A stretch of 64,000 nt of DNA from Marsupella aquatica (GCA_973895155.1 OZ316896.1:13943542-14007541), one strand, 5' to 3'. Shown: positions 1 through 12,214, counted from the stretch's first letter. Made by a program: numbers and translations. The notes: generated by a model not told the origin, from the sequence alone.

Positions 1-1221
1 AGCTTGTATTTGCTATGTAATCTGTCACGACATCCGGAACAACCAGACCATGTTCCTTGCAACATTGCAAATCGACATTGTGCACTCCGGTCCCAAAGTG
101 CAGCACGCAACAATCTCCAAATCCGGCAGCGTGCCGGCTAGATCCTCTCACCTTGGTTGAATTGTCTATGACAATGTTCGGGTAAAGGCTTCTTCTCTTT
201 CAGGAAAGCCTCTTCCTCTTGCAAGCCCTTTGACATTGGCTAGTGATCGAATTTGGCCTAGAGAGGTGTGACCGGAGGCCTTACCACAACCGGTTTCGCT
301 GTAATTGCCAACCAGCTCCACCACCCACTGTCTCGGAGATTGAAAGACAGATTTAAAGTTCCCACTCAGTCCACATCAGAAAAGGCTCAAATTCACTGCC
401 AACGACCTGCTATCCCTGGTGGAAATGCTCCAATGGTTGAAGACATTGGGACTGCTTCGTAGTGTTCCTCGTTGTGATGGACCCGGTAGTATTGACCCAA
501 AGAAACTCACTCCCTGACGACAAAGGGGCACAGATACAAGAAGCAGACCGACTTTTCTCTGCAAATGTCGAGCACCTGTCACCTTTCCAACTTCGTCCAT
601 TTTGTTTCCTTGAGCTGTTCATCTAATGAGGAAGATGAACAGCCTAAACCCTAAACCCGAAACCCTCATTTCATTCAGAGAATGAACACAATCTCATCGT
701 AGACATCGGGATTCTGTACGCCCCCTGGCCTTTGTTATACCTGTATTTTCGTTATAAAGGGCTTTGCACCCCCTTTAGGGCGCTTTTAATAGCTTTTTTT
801 TCCTTCCTCTTCTTCTACTTGTTGCCGGGAGCTGTTCCCCTCCATTTTAACCGCTTTGACAGGGGGACCGGCCCCCTCTGAGACCTGTCGGACTGTGTGG
901 GAATATTCCTGAAAAACATAGAGCTATTTTTTGGCCGTCCGACAAAGCTTCCGTCCGCCGAACGGTAAGTTTTTTGGTTCTTTTTTGGCGAGGACGTTGC
1001 CACTGGAGTTAGCAACACGGCGCACCAATCACATCACGATTCCGACAACGGGTTGTACTTGGTATTTTGGTTATTCTCCGAGGTGGTCAAAACGGGGGAG
1101 TTTCCCAAGGTTTTACCCACCCCGACCAAAATTTGAATAACTTATTCGTCGAATTTTGATTTTGATTTCAGCTTTCAGTATTGGACTCCTAGCTTTGTGG
1201 GTTACGCGGCGGTGTTGAGTT

Positions 1222-2058
1222 TTGAGTTTTATGAGAAGTTTTGAAAAAAGACATTACTTGTTGTGGGAGAAACAAGTGAATGGTGTCCTTTGGGCCATGG
1301 GCTTAGCTCATCTGCTCTCTTCGCGAGAGCAGTATGATGGAGAGGAGGAGATCTCAGAGAAGCAGTGGAGACAGGAGCAGGTGATTGTTGTCAATGCAGT
1401 GATGCTATATCTCAAGCCGCACATCATCAAGCAGCTGGATGATTATGCGGATTGCGCGTCACTGTTCAAGGCTCTAAGAGAGAGGTACTACCGGGAAGAT
1501 ACATCAGACCGGTTGTACAAGAAGTCTCTCTAGATGAGCCTCAGACTCAAGGAAGGGAGCAAGATGCAGGATCACCTGGATGAGTTTGACAGTCTAGCGG
1601 TGGATCTGTCAAACCTGGGAAAATGAGTTGAAGATGACGATAAGGCCTTGCTTTTGCTAAGCTCCTTAACGCCGTCATATCAGGGCTTGAAATAGGTGTT
1701 CTTGTACAGAGATCTGAAGTCCATTTTGTATAATGAGGTGGTGAGTTCTTTATTGTCTGATGATGCTCAGAAGAAGTTGGGTCAATCACAGACAGCATCT
1801 TCTTCTAGTACTGCGCTGAACGTGAACCGTGGGAGAGCAGTGCAACTCTCAAATGGGCAGAACAGGTTTAGATCTACATCACGGGGGAGATCTAAATCCA
1901 GAGAGAAATCGCAAGAGAGGAAGCATCTTGCATGTTGGAATTGTGGCAAGTTTGGCCACATGAAAAGGGACTATCGAGTAAAGGTCCCTACTGCATCTGC
2001 TAACGCGGCATCAAGTTTGCATGAGGTAGATTTACTTGATGATGATGACATATTGTGA
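1222..2058 (+). pseudogene. copia gag remnant
   Basis: FEKRHYLLWEKQV N-terminus, a broken UBN2-like region and a degenerate zinc knuckle CWNCGKFGHMKRDY. In-frame stops are present. Confidence 0.85.
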
Positions 2059-2100
2059 TGCCAAGGTTATACTCTCAACGTAGTGTCAAATCCAGGAAAT

Positions 2101-2156
2101 GATGACTGGATTCTAGATAGTGCATGTACTTTTCACATTTTCTCTAGGAGAGATTT
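2101..2156 (+). pseudogene. copia aspartic protease N-terminal part (before the insertion)
   Basis: Translates DDWILDSACTFHIFSRRD (WILDS[G/A] protease motif). It continues as FFSSYTNSNGSVLMGN once 2157-6474 is removed. Confidence 0.9.
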
Positions 2157-2688
2157 TGTGATGCCACTGATATGGCAGGTAATGAGTGATTCGGCCTAAC
2201 CACGCTTAGCATGCGCGTTAGGGGTATCTTAGGCCGTAATTATTAGCATAACGATAGTATTTAGGTAGCCATTATGAGTAGGAAATCATTAGTCAATAAG
2301 GGGCATTTGTGTTTGGGCTGGCGGTGGGTCGCCATTTGCACGCCCGGTTGTGAGCATGTAATGGGTCCCCCTCTTGGGTCCGTATAACCAACTCCAAGAG
2401 GTGGCCACTGACACTCGCTGACCCAGACTGGCGGAGTGGCCAGTACACTGCAAGCGTGAAAGGCTCGGCCTATAAGCGACGAGGAGGCGTCGGGCGACCG
2501 ACAAGCTCTCAGGGTATAAAAAGGGGGCCGATCCTTTGCAGTGCACCAATTCTTCAGTCCATGCGCCAGCTTTGACCCCAGTTCTCTCGCCCATCCTTAG
2601 TCGCCTTCTATCTCCTCTAAATGTTGCACACGATCCTTTCCAGTTTGGCCGTACAATTCTGGATGCAGTTCCTGTTTATTGGGGGCAC

Positions 2689-5587
2689 ATGGCCGACTCA
2701 TTAAAACACGCCAACCCACGCCAATACAAAATCGAACGCGAGTACGAGAGAGCCATCTGCCTAGCAGGCCGCCACCACTATCTCCTTAACTTTGATTACC
2801 CGCCCCAGAGCGAGCTTTACCAACCCAAAGAAATATCAGGGTACTTCTTCAACGGGGACAAATACATTGGCTTCTGGGAGGCATTGCTTCGGCTTCTGGA
2901 CTCGGTCTTCACTAACCCGGGCACGATCGACTTACAGCATCACCACTTCGACCACATCCCCGCTCGGGTCCAGGCCATCATCAACTGCGAGTTCAACACT
3001 ACCCAGTCGACAAGGCCGTCTACACTTGCTTCGGAAAACCTCTACCGGCACCTACAAAACTTCATGGCAACCATACCATCAACCACCAGTGCCGGCCCAG
3101 CCGAGCACATGCCCGTACCCGCACCAACACCGGCTCAGGCTCAGGCTCAGCCTAGCCGATCCCCACCGCCGGTCGCCCGCCCATACAGGTGTGATCCATC
3201 GTCAACGCTGTGGACCTCAGCGATGACAATGAGGCTACCCCACCCCTGCTCAGGTGGCCCAGAGGAGCGAGCACCCAGGGAGCCGGCACTACATCGCCCC
3301 CTCCCCAGGCCCGGACCCGAGTAGCGGCTCCGGTGGACAACACGGTGACCGTAGCCGCCCCGGCCCCAATACTAATGGCGGTGGCAGTACCCATATGCGA
3401 TCGAGAGGATGGGGAAATGTCACCCTCTCAGAGCCATCACGGAAGCCAGTCTCGGGGAAAGAAGAGAAAGGAACCTATAGCTGTATCCGGGTTAACCATG
3501 GCCACGGTAGCCACGGCCAAGGTAACAATGCACCGCATGGGGGAAAACGTGCATAAAAACATCCTCCACCCCAAACATGCGGTGTACTTGAAGACTCAGG
3601 GGTTCGAGCACCTTGCCTCTCTCCCTTGGAACACCTGCAGAAACTACGGGGAGGATATGATGAAGTTCGTCAAGAATTATGACAACGTCCGTTAGCATAC
3701 TCGGCTACGAGGGAGGAATATGTCCCTCACAGAGGAGCGGCTCAGGATGATCTTTGGGCTACCTGAGGGAGATCAACGAGTCAAATCACGGGCTCCCGGG
3801 GGCAAAGGAGCCAAGTACCAATCCTCGAGTTTCCCCTTCGAGGGATCAGTGGACAACGGGTTCGTGATGAGGACCTGCCTCATCCTTGAGATAGCCAAGC
3901 GACTGATGTTCCAGAGGTACGCCCTCCACATGATGGAACCCCAGGGCGAGATCTCCGCTGCCCAGGTTATCCAGGTCGAGAACTATCGGCCTAGGAAGTG
4001 GGCGTCGTACTTCGCTAAGAAGTTCCATGAAGAGATGGAACTCAGTTAAGAAATAATATCGAATGTGACGATCTTGAAATAATTTCGTGGAAACTCCAAA
4101 AATATCATTCGAACTTCTTACAAAATTATTCTTTTCCTTTCAATTTTGCATATGCAGCTTCATTTGATCTAATATTTTTTTTTGTGTAGCTACATAGTGA
4201 ATAAGAACATAGACTCAAACATTCTAAAGATGAAAAAATGGTAATTAAATCATTGGACCGCCGAAGGCACCCCCCCGGCCACCCGCAAGAAACCCGGCAA
4301 ATAAACCAATTTTATTAAAATCAACTTTTCAGAAATTTTATGAGAATGAATCTTCTATTTCTTGGGACTTCCACACTTGGGCAAAGGAAGGCACTGTACA
4401 TCGGTGGGAAGGTGTATTTTGCGAGCCCCATCGAGATCGTTCTCGAGTGGTACGCCCGATTTGATTGACGAACCCTTCCCCGGGCCAACGTAACTAAGTT
4501 AGTCCCGACTAGGTGGGTCTTCCCGGCCTTGGAGAGATGGCCTCAACCCGAGGCCCGAAGTCCGGCGGCCACGCAGGCCTCACCCACCCCACCTCCACAA
4601 GTAGCCGTAACCGTGGAAGAAGAGGTACCGGACGAGGCAGTGATCTCAACCTAGACGCGATCAACCAGGCCAGGCCGAGCGCAAAAGTCAGGGCGGTGGA
4701 GGCCTTGCCCAAGCCCAAGGGTCCAGAAGACCCACCGGTGGCTATTCCAGAGGACCGCACGATGATGGAGGAGGACACTCCAACCCCTTCCAATACTACA
4801 TCCCCAGGGCTGGATGTCACTACCCCGGCTCCCGCCCGAGTTGATGTCTGTCCGTGCCCAACTCCGGACGGGCACAACCTGGACCACTCGGAACTCTTCG
4901 TACCGGGTACATTTCTAAACGGGCTGTTGGGAGATTTCTCCCAATAGATTTCTCGGGATATCGGGGAGTTCATGGCCCGGAAGGTAGCCTACTTCTTCAA
5001 CCAGGAGTTGGTTACCGCAGTAAATGCAGGTCAGGCCCAATCGGAGGCCCTTCAGAGGATAGAGCGGTACCGGGTTGAGTCCGTGTACCTAAAGGGAAAA
5101 ATTGAGACTCAAGAGGCTGATGCAACTACGACCCAAGGTTGCAACCGCCGATGAGTTGTTAGCAGATGCACGCGCCCTTACCGCCTTAGCCGAACAGGCC
5201 AAAGTTGGGAAGGAGGCCGAGATTGCACGGCTCCGGACCCAGATTGACAGTTTGAAGAATCAAACCGTCATCTGGCAAAAAGACCTGGAGGAGGCCGACA
5301 AGCGAGCCCAGCGTGACACTATGGAGATTTCCGCCCTACAGGTCAAAGTAGCACGGCTTTAAACCGAAGCCGAGAAGTAGACCCAAATGGTGGACAAGCT
5401 GATGAGCGACGCCCAACAACTGGAAGAGGCATGCCAGGAGGCAGCTGAGGAGACGGACGCGGCAAAGCGAGAGAACAAATCTCTCCTAGACCAAGTCCAG
5501 CTCCTGAAGATGGACAACGACAAACTCTGTAGGCAACGGGATGGCCGCTCCCACTCAGACGGCTCTGGCAAGCGCACCAGGCATTAG
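2689..5587 (+). pseudogene. Decayed element-encoded accessory ORF (Transposase_32-like 'plant transposon protein' domain plus C-terminal coiled coil)
   Basis: Consecutive + strand ORFs (2536, 3210, 3720, 4513, 4972, 5102, 5387) join across single stops or frameshifts. The central motif GFEHLASLPW...MMKFVKNYD...LRGRNMSLTEERLRMIFGLPEG...W resembles plant retroelement extra ORFs (from recall). 5102-5587 is heptad-like and E/K/A/Q-rich. Confidence 0.7.
4044..4381. other. AT-rich secondary insertion inside the accessory ORF
   Basis: Abrupt drop in GC. Removing it joins FHEEMEL to QRKALYIGGKVYFASPIEIVLEWY in a plausible frame. Confidence 0.65.
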
Positions 5588-6474
5588 CGGAGGGTTAGGA
5601 TTAGAATAGAACTAGGAGTAGCTAAAACAGGCTGTTAGGACAAGTATCGGCCAAAAGATAGCGGCGCTGACACATTAGCCAGCCTGTGTATAATAGGTTA
5701 GACTAATAGGACAAGCCGTAACCAGCTTAGTGAGGATATAAGTTAGCGTAGATTCGGGCACGAGGCCAGGCTGGTCCTCAGCCCTTAGTATTTAGCAGCC
5801 CCCCGGTAGAGGCACGGGGGGGGGGGATTTTAGACTTAGAAGTTGGCCATTCGCGATACGCGCGGGGAGTCCCAAATTCGGTGAAGTGTCGGAGTGCCAA
5901 GGGGAGGGTATACGACTAAGCTCGTCGGGCGAGTGCGGAGCCGGGCTCCGTTGTAGTGTATACTCCTCGGCCTTGGGCCCGTTCATTCACGAGGTGTCGG
6001 GTCACCCAATCGTAAGTGTACGATCATATATGAATGAAATCCTTTCCCCTCAATTCCTTCATGTAAATTGAGATTTATGTTTATGTATGAATGCATGTAT
6101 GAGTCTCGTGTGCAAGTATCAATGCCGGGCCGAACACGTTATGCCAAGCATGCACGGGGTGCAGGTTACGGGTACGGGGTTGCGAGCCGGGGTTGAGCAC
6201 TTGTACTAATGGATCCGGATCAAAGGCGGTAACACGAAGGCTTAGAAGTTCGTAAGCGGGGTCGACCCCGTGTCGACTAAGCTACGTTCTGGCGGCAGAA
6301 CACAAAGCATACCTAAGTGTGCTTGTAAGTAAATGTATGCGCACTTAGCGCTAGTCTGGGAGAATTATATGCACTCCGCACGTCCCTTCCTGCCCAAACC
6401 CAAATACTAACAAGGAAAGTGTTTGTCTTAGACGTAGATCGGCCTAAGGACTAGGCCGATGGCGTGACAGATTT

Positions 6475-9400
6475 TTTTCAGTTCTTACACAAATTCCAAC
6501 GGTTCAGTGTTGATGGGAAATAGAATCCCATGTCAAGTGGTTGGACTTGGATCTGTTAGATTTCAGATGTTTGATGGTGCTGTAAGAACGTTAAGGAATG
6601 TGAGACATATTCCCAGCATGATGAAAAATCTCATTTCACTTAGAGTTTTAGAAGCAAATGGCCATCAGTGGAGTTCTACTAATGTTGTCCTTCAGGTTTC
6701 AACTGGTACTAAAGTTGTATTGAAGGGAAAGAGACATAGCAATCTATACATTTTGGAGGGCAGTGTAGTTTGTGATGAAGCCAATGTAACCTTATCTCAT
6801 GAGGAGACGGCCCGGCTGTGGCACTTTCGTTTGGGCCACATGAGTGAAAAAGGTTTGGTTATTCTTCAGAAGAAAGGATTATTTTCTAAATTGCAATCTT
6901 GTAAGTTGAAATTTTATGAGCATTGTGTGCTTGGGAAGCAGCACAAGAAACCCTTCGGAGTTGGAACTCACACCAGCAAAGAGGTACTTGAGTATGTAAA
7001 TAGTGATGTGTGGGGTCCATCCCCTACTCCCTCACATTCTGGACGATTATACTATGTCACGTTCATTGACGATTACTCAAGATATGTGTGGATATACTTT
7101 TTACACAATAAGTCTGATGTTTTTGCCACTTTTAAGGAGTGGAAAACCCAAGTTGAGAATCAGACTGGTAATAAAGTGAGATATCTTTGATCGGATAATG
7201 GCGATGAATACAATTTCCGGGAATTTGGAACGTATTGTAAGGAGCAGGGGATCACCTACCATCTCACAACAAGTTATACTCCTCAGCAGAATGGTGTTTC
7301 TGGGAGACTCAACCGAACACTATTGGACCGCTCGAGGAGTATGTTGAGTCAATCATGCTTACCACGTGAGTTTTGGGCTGAAGCTGTCAACACTGCAACT
7401 TATTTGGTAAATTTTTCTCCTTCCAGTTCTATTGGATTCAAGATGCCATTTGAAATGAGGTATGGGCGTCCAGCAGATTACTCACATCTAAGGACTTTTG
7501 GATGTGATGCTTATGTGCTTATGTCACCTTCCCAGCTTCGATCCAAGCTAGAGTCCAAGTCGAAGAAGTGCATTTTCCTTGGCTATCAGAAAGGTGTGAA
7601 GGGTTATAGGTTATGGGATCTAGTAACCTGTAAGCTAATTGTCAGTAGAGATGTGTCCTTTAATGAGTCCAGATGATCATCAAAGGAGGGGGAGAGTTCT
7701 CAGGACTCCCATACTGACAAGAGGAAATCTCCCATCCCGGACCGGGTTGAGAGGGAGATTAGTCATGATGTTGTTTATGACAGGAGAGATGGAGAAGCTC
7801 CGGGCTTGGAGCTGGTTCCTATGATGGAACAAGAGGAGCAGATTATTGTTGGGGTACCTCAAATTCAGCCAGCAGCAGTAGAAGATCAGCCTAAATCATC
7901 TACTAGAAGAACTTCCAGTCGTTCTACTAGAGCTCCTACCAGGTATGGTCAATGGACACACTCATCTAAGCTAGATGATATTGACATTGCACCTGATGAT
8001 GATGATATGGCTTTGATCGTGGAAGAAGGAGAGCCTTCTTTGTATAGTGAGGCTTGTGCTTCAGAGAAGAAGCATGAGTGGAATGCAAAAATGTAGAGGG
8101 AGTTGCAATCTTTGAGTGACAACAAGACTTGGGAGCTCGTGGAGCTTCCAAGAGGTCAGCAAGTGGATTTACAAGTTGAAGGAACCTTTAGAGGGTGGAG
8201 ATAAGATCTATAAGGGAAGGCTTGTTGCCAAGGGGTTCACTTAGGAGAAAGGAGTGGACTACAATGAGGTCTTTTCACCGGTGGCTAAGTATTCCACAAT
8301 TCTGATCTTGTGTCAGCTTGTTGTGTTTTTTGGTCTGGTGATGGATCAGATGGATGTTGTTACTGCTTTTCTCTATGGCAACTTGGAAGAGATGATCTTC
8401 TTGAGACAGTCACTAGACTTTATGAAGAAGGGCCAAAAGAACTTAGTTTACAGATTGCTCAAGTCCTTGTATGGATTGAAACAATGTCCCAGACAATGGA
8501 ACAAGCGGTTTGATGATTTCATGTTTGCTCAAGGTTTTGCAAAGATGGTGTATGATCCTTGTGTATATACGAAATTAATCAAGAATGATGTATTTGGTTT
8601 CATCATTCTGGTTATCTATGTGGATGACATGCTGATTGTGGCTAAAGATCAATCTGAGGTTGACAAACTCAAGGCGAAATTGAGTGTTGAATTCAGGATG
8701 AAGGATCTTGGTAAGGCCAAGAGGATCTTAGGGATGGAGATTTTTAGGAACTCTGATACTGGATAGTTGTGCTTGAGTCAAGGCCAGTATGCGAGGAAAG
8801 TACTTGCACGATTCAACATGGAAAGCTGTAAGCCAGTGAGTATTCCTTTAGCTTCACATTTCAAGTTATCGTCGGCTTTCTCTCCTACGGATGCTGTCGA
8901 GAAAGGTCTGATGGCTAAGATTCCTTATGAGAAGGCAGTAGGCAGTTTGATGTATTTGATAACTTGTACTAGGCCTGACTTGGCCCTAGCGATGGGCAAG
9001 GTTAGCAGATTCGTGTCAAATCCAAGGCGAGATCCAAGGAAGGTACATTGGGAAGCTATGAAATGGATTCTCAGGTATGTGAAGGGAACACAGGACTGTG
9101 GATTACTATTTGATAATAGATCAGATAAAACGTTAGTTGGCTATGTAGATTCTGACTATGGAGGCTGTCTGGATACAAGGAGGTCTACAATTGGGTTTGT
9201 ATCTACTCTTGGAGGAGGATGTATCAGTTGGAAATCTACCTTGCAGACGTGTATATCTCAGTCTACTACAGAAGAAGAGTATGTTGCAACAAAAGAAGAG
9301 TATGTTGCAGCAGCAGAAGCAGCAAAGGAAGAAATTTGGTTGGACAAGTTGATTGCGGAGATGGGTTTAGAGCATGGCAAAATGACTCTAAACTGTGATA

Positions 9401-9618
9401 ATCAGAGTGCTCTTCACTTGGCTGCTAACCAGGTAATGGATAGCAGGGTGAAGCACATTGATATCAGGTACCATTTTATCAGGCAAACAATGTTTGATAA
9501 AACTTTTGAGCTAGTCAAGATTGATGGAAAGCTCAATCCCGTTGATGCCTTTACCAAAGTGATTCCTTTGGAGAGTTTCTCAAGACACCGTGCTACTTTG
9601 CAGGTTTTGCAATTGTAG
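6475..9618 (+). pseudogene. copia pol remnant (protease C-terminal part, GAG-pre-integrase, integrase, RT, RNase H)
   Basis: LWHFRLGHMSEKG, SDVWGPS, YYVTFIDDYSR, FWAEAVNTA, GYQKGVKGYRL, DYNEVFSPVAK, QMDVVTAFL, LLKSLYGLKQ, YVDDML, YVDSDY, CDNQSA, KHIDIRYHF. Confidence 0.97.
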
Positions 9619-9814
9619 TGCAAGTAGAGTTATTTAGCAATGTGTGACTATTTGTACATGGATTACTCATTCCTGTTTGGCTACGGCTTAGTTCTAGTTA
9701 ACCCTTAGTTAACCCTTGTGATTTTTAGGGGGAGACCTGGTTTGGTGATTGTCTAGAACTTCCCGCTAAGGATTCCATATGGTAGCATTTAGTCTAGTCC
9801 CCAAGACAAGAGTC

Positions 9815-9823
9815 AAGGGGGAG
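9815..9823 (+). other. Polypurine tract
   Basis: AAGGGGGAG lies 2 nt before the LTR start TGTTAG. Confidence 0.85.
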
Positions 9824-9825
9824 TT

Positions 9826-10169
9826 TGTTAGATATTGCTCTAGTCTTGTGACTCATGAGCTAACCACAATTAGGCTAACTCGGGTTAGGACTTAGCTAAT
9901 GCTAGCGGTAATGCTGTTGTGTATTTAGCCAGGGCTGATGCCAGACCCTGGTGGAACTTAGGCTCATTGTTACGGAGCTAGTTGAGAGATAGGGAGAGCT
10001 CGTGTTGTGGATGCTTGGTATGGCCGGTCGGCCTAGAGTGCAGTAAAGCTCTTGTGTGTTCCCGTGGACGTAGCCTCATGTGGAGGTGAACCACGTATCT
10101 CTCTGGGTTGACTATTGTGCATTGGATGGTTCATGGGCTTGTAGTTGCGAATGTCGTCTATACTCAACA
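9826..10169 (+). repeat. copia 3' LTR (344 bp)
   Basis: Starts TGTT after the PPT and ends AACA. Contains the typical copia LTR motif GTGGACGTAGCC...GGTGAACCACGTA. Confidence 0.8.
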
Positions 10170-12214
10170 GACTTAATATGAGAACTCCCATAAAAGTGAC
10201 GGGAGTCTCAGGCTCCCGTAAGGAAAGTCCACGGGCTCAACACTTAACCAACAACCTTTAACCACAACCTTAACCATGTTCTATTATCTTTGGGTGTGAA
10301 TCCATGAATCCATGAATCCAATAATCCAGAAAACTGTCATTAAAGACATGTGGACTTTAGGCCAGAAGTGACGCTAGCTGCTACAACAGGGGTGAATTCA
10401 TTGAGAAGGAACAAAAAGAGAGGTATGCTTTAAGGTTGAGAATGAGGCCATAAACAGTGCCTTATGGGGTCTATCAATGGGCTCCACCAGTTTTTTAAGT
10501 CGAGAACTTGGTCAAGTAACTCAGGCCCCACAATGAAAAGAAATAATGATATGCTTTGAGATTGAGGATGAGGATGGGGATGAGGCCTCTTCAGTCTTCT
10601 TTGGGGTTGTCTGGCCCCTGCCCCCCTTTATTGGGTTGCTTGGCCTTTGGGATCCTTCTCCTGGTTTGGTGTACATGTTCCTTTGCACTCTTATATATAT
10701 TAGAGCATCTCAAAGCTTGAAGTTAACAAGGTAAAGCCCTCCCATAATTCAAGTATTATTATGGGAACTCTTGTTAAAGTTATGGGAGCCGATCTTTGGG
10801 TACCGTAAGGAAAGCCCGCGGGCTCAACACTTAGCCCGTAACTTTCCCGCAACTTTAGGCTCGACAGGTGATACTAACTCCTGCCTTATGGGGCGGGTCA
10901 ATGCTACCTCCCCCCATTTTTGAAATTCCATAACTGGCTCCCATAACCAGAGTTATAGGAAATGAGCCCTAGTATGCCTGTGTGTTGCACAACGAAATGA
11001 GGGCCGGCCCATAGGGAGTCGGGCCAAGGGGTGAGAGGCAGGGGCGAGCGCATCTGGACCAAGGGGAGGGCGAGGCAGAGCGTGGACCGAGGGGAGGGCG
11101 AGAGGCAGGGGTGAGCACATCGGGACTAAGGGGAGGGCAAACAGAGCGAGGCATCGTGAGGGCTGGGTCGGTGAGGCATCGCGAGCAATGATGCCCGTAT
11201 ACATATATCGCAAGGGGGGTCCATAATGAAGGCACGGGCCTGGGAGGCCTTCTAGGCCTTGCCAGACAGGGCAAGTTTATACAGTGCTTGCTAGCCTATA
11301 CCTCAACTCTACTGTAGGCTCTCTTCTGGATTATTCGTAAATTTCCTTTCGTCGTGGGTTTCACAATTCACATACTCGTTGGTCAGTGTGTCTATGTCCT
11401 TGGAGTCCGCCTCGCCTCGCCTGCTGAGTGGCGACGGTACCACCAGAATACAATCTGATAATTGTCTGTGCTTCGGTCGTTGCTCGGAATGTTGTTGCCC
11501 TGCCCGTCTTGTATATATTTGTTGTCGTCGTCGTTGTTTCTCTCTGCAGTGTTGGATTGGGGCCGCGTCGTGGACGCGAAGATTAGCACAGTGAGGGCCG
11601 CGCGGGTCCGGTCAGGTCGGTTGATTTGGTCGCGACGGAAATGCTGAGTTGAAGGTGTTCGAAGGGGAGCTGATTTTGGAATTTTTTGCTGTTTGTTCTG
11701 TGGTTATATTATTACGAGTAGATTTATAGGTTATTGGCGCAAGAATTTGTCATGTCGATAACGGATGGATGATGACAAAGTGCATTACAGACAGGGGCAG
11801 TCGGGAGGGATTAAGCTTTGATTCTTTCCTTTCCTGGGAACTCGTGGCGTATCCAGGGCACGGCTTTGTGCGAGTTTTTAGATGATTGAGGTTGAGTGTT
11901 TGCAAAGGAACACACTCGGCGCAGTGTGGTGGTGTCGGAATTGTTATCTTTTGCGACGACTAGAAGGAGACGGAGGAGGTTTATCCGGAGGTTTTGCTTG
12001 TTCTTCGCAGTTGGTACCGGGTGCTTCTCGTGGTTGTATAAATGAATGACTATATATTAGCCTCCTCTTGCCGTCACATTTTGGTTCACAAGAAGAGGTT
12101 CTTCTTCTTCGCCATAGAAACGCGTACTCCAGGAGAGGAGGACCATGACACCAGAGAAGAACTTGTGTTGCATCTTTGATAAGGAGGCTCTAGTCATCGC
12201 GAGCGGTGGAGGCA

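Larger units (their letters stand above)
2157..6469 (+). mobile_element. 4.3-kb nested insertion with LTR-type termini (solo-LTR-like), carrying a long ORF
   Basis: TSD GATTT at 2152-2156 and 6470-6474. Termini TGTGATGCC...GGCGTGACA form an imperfect inverted repeat. Removing it restores the copia reading frame. TATA-like TATAAAAAGG at about 2515. No gag/pol motifs and no internal direct-repeat pair seen. Confidence 0.9.
1222..10169 (+). mobile_element. Decayed Ty1/copia LTR retrotransposon (5' LTR not found; interrupted at 2157-6469)
   Basis: Domain order is gag, protease, GAG-pre-integrase, integrase, RT, RNase H, followed by a PPT and a TG...CA LTR. Many stops and frameshifts. The true 5' boundary lies upstream of 1222 and is not defined. 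Confidence 0.95.

Noticed and set aside
4045-4386. AT-rich block as a spliceosomal intron
   Set aside because: The available GT/AG pair does not restore the plausible downstream reading frame.
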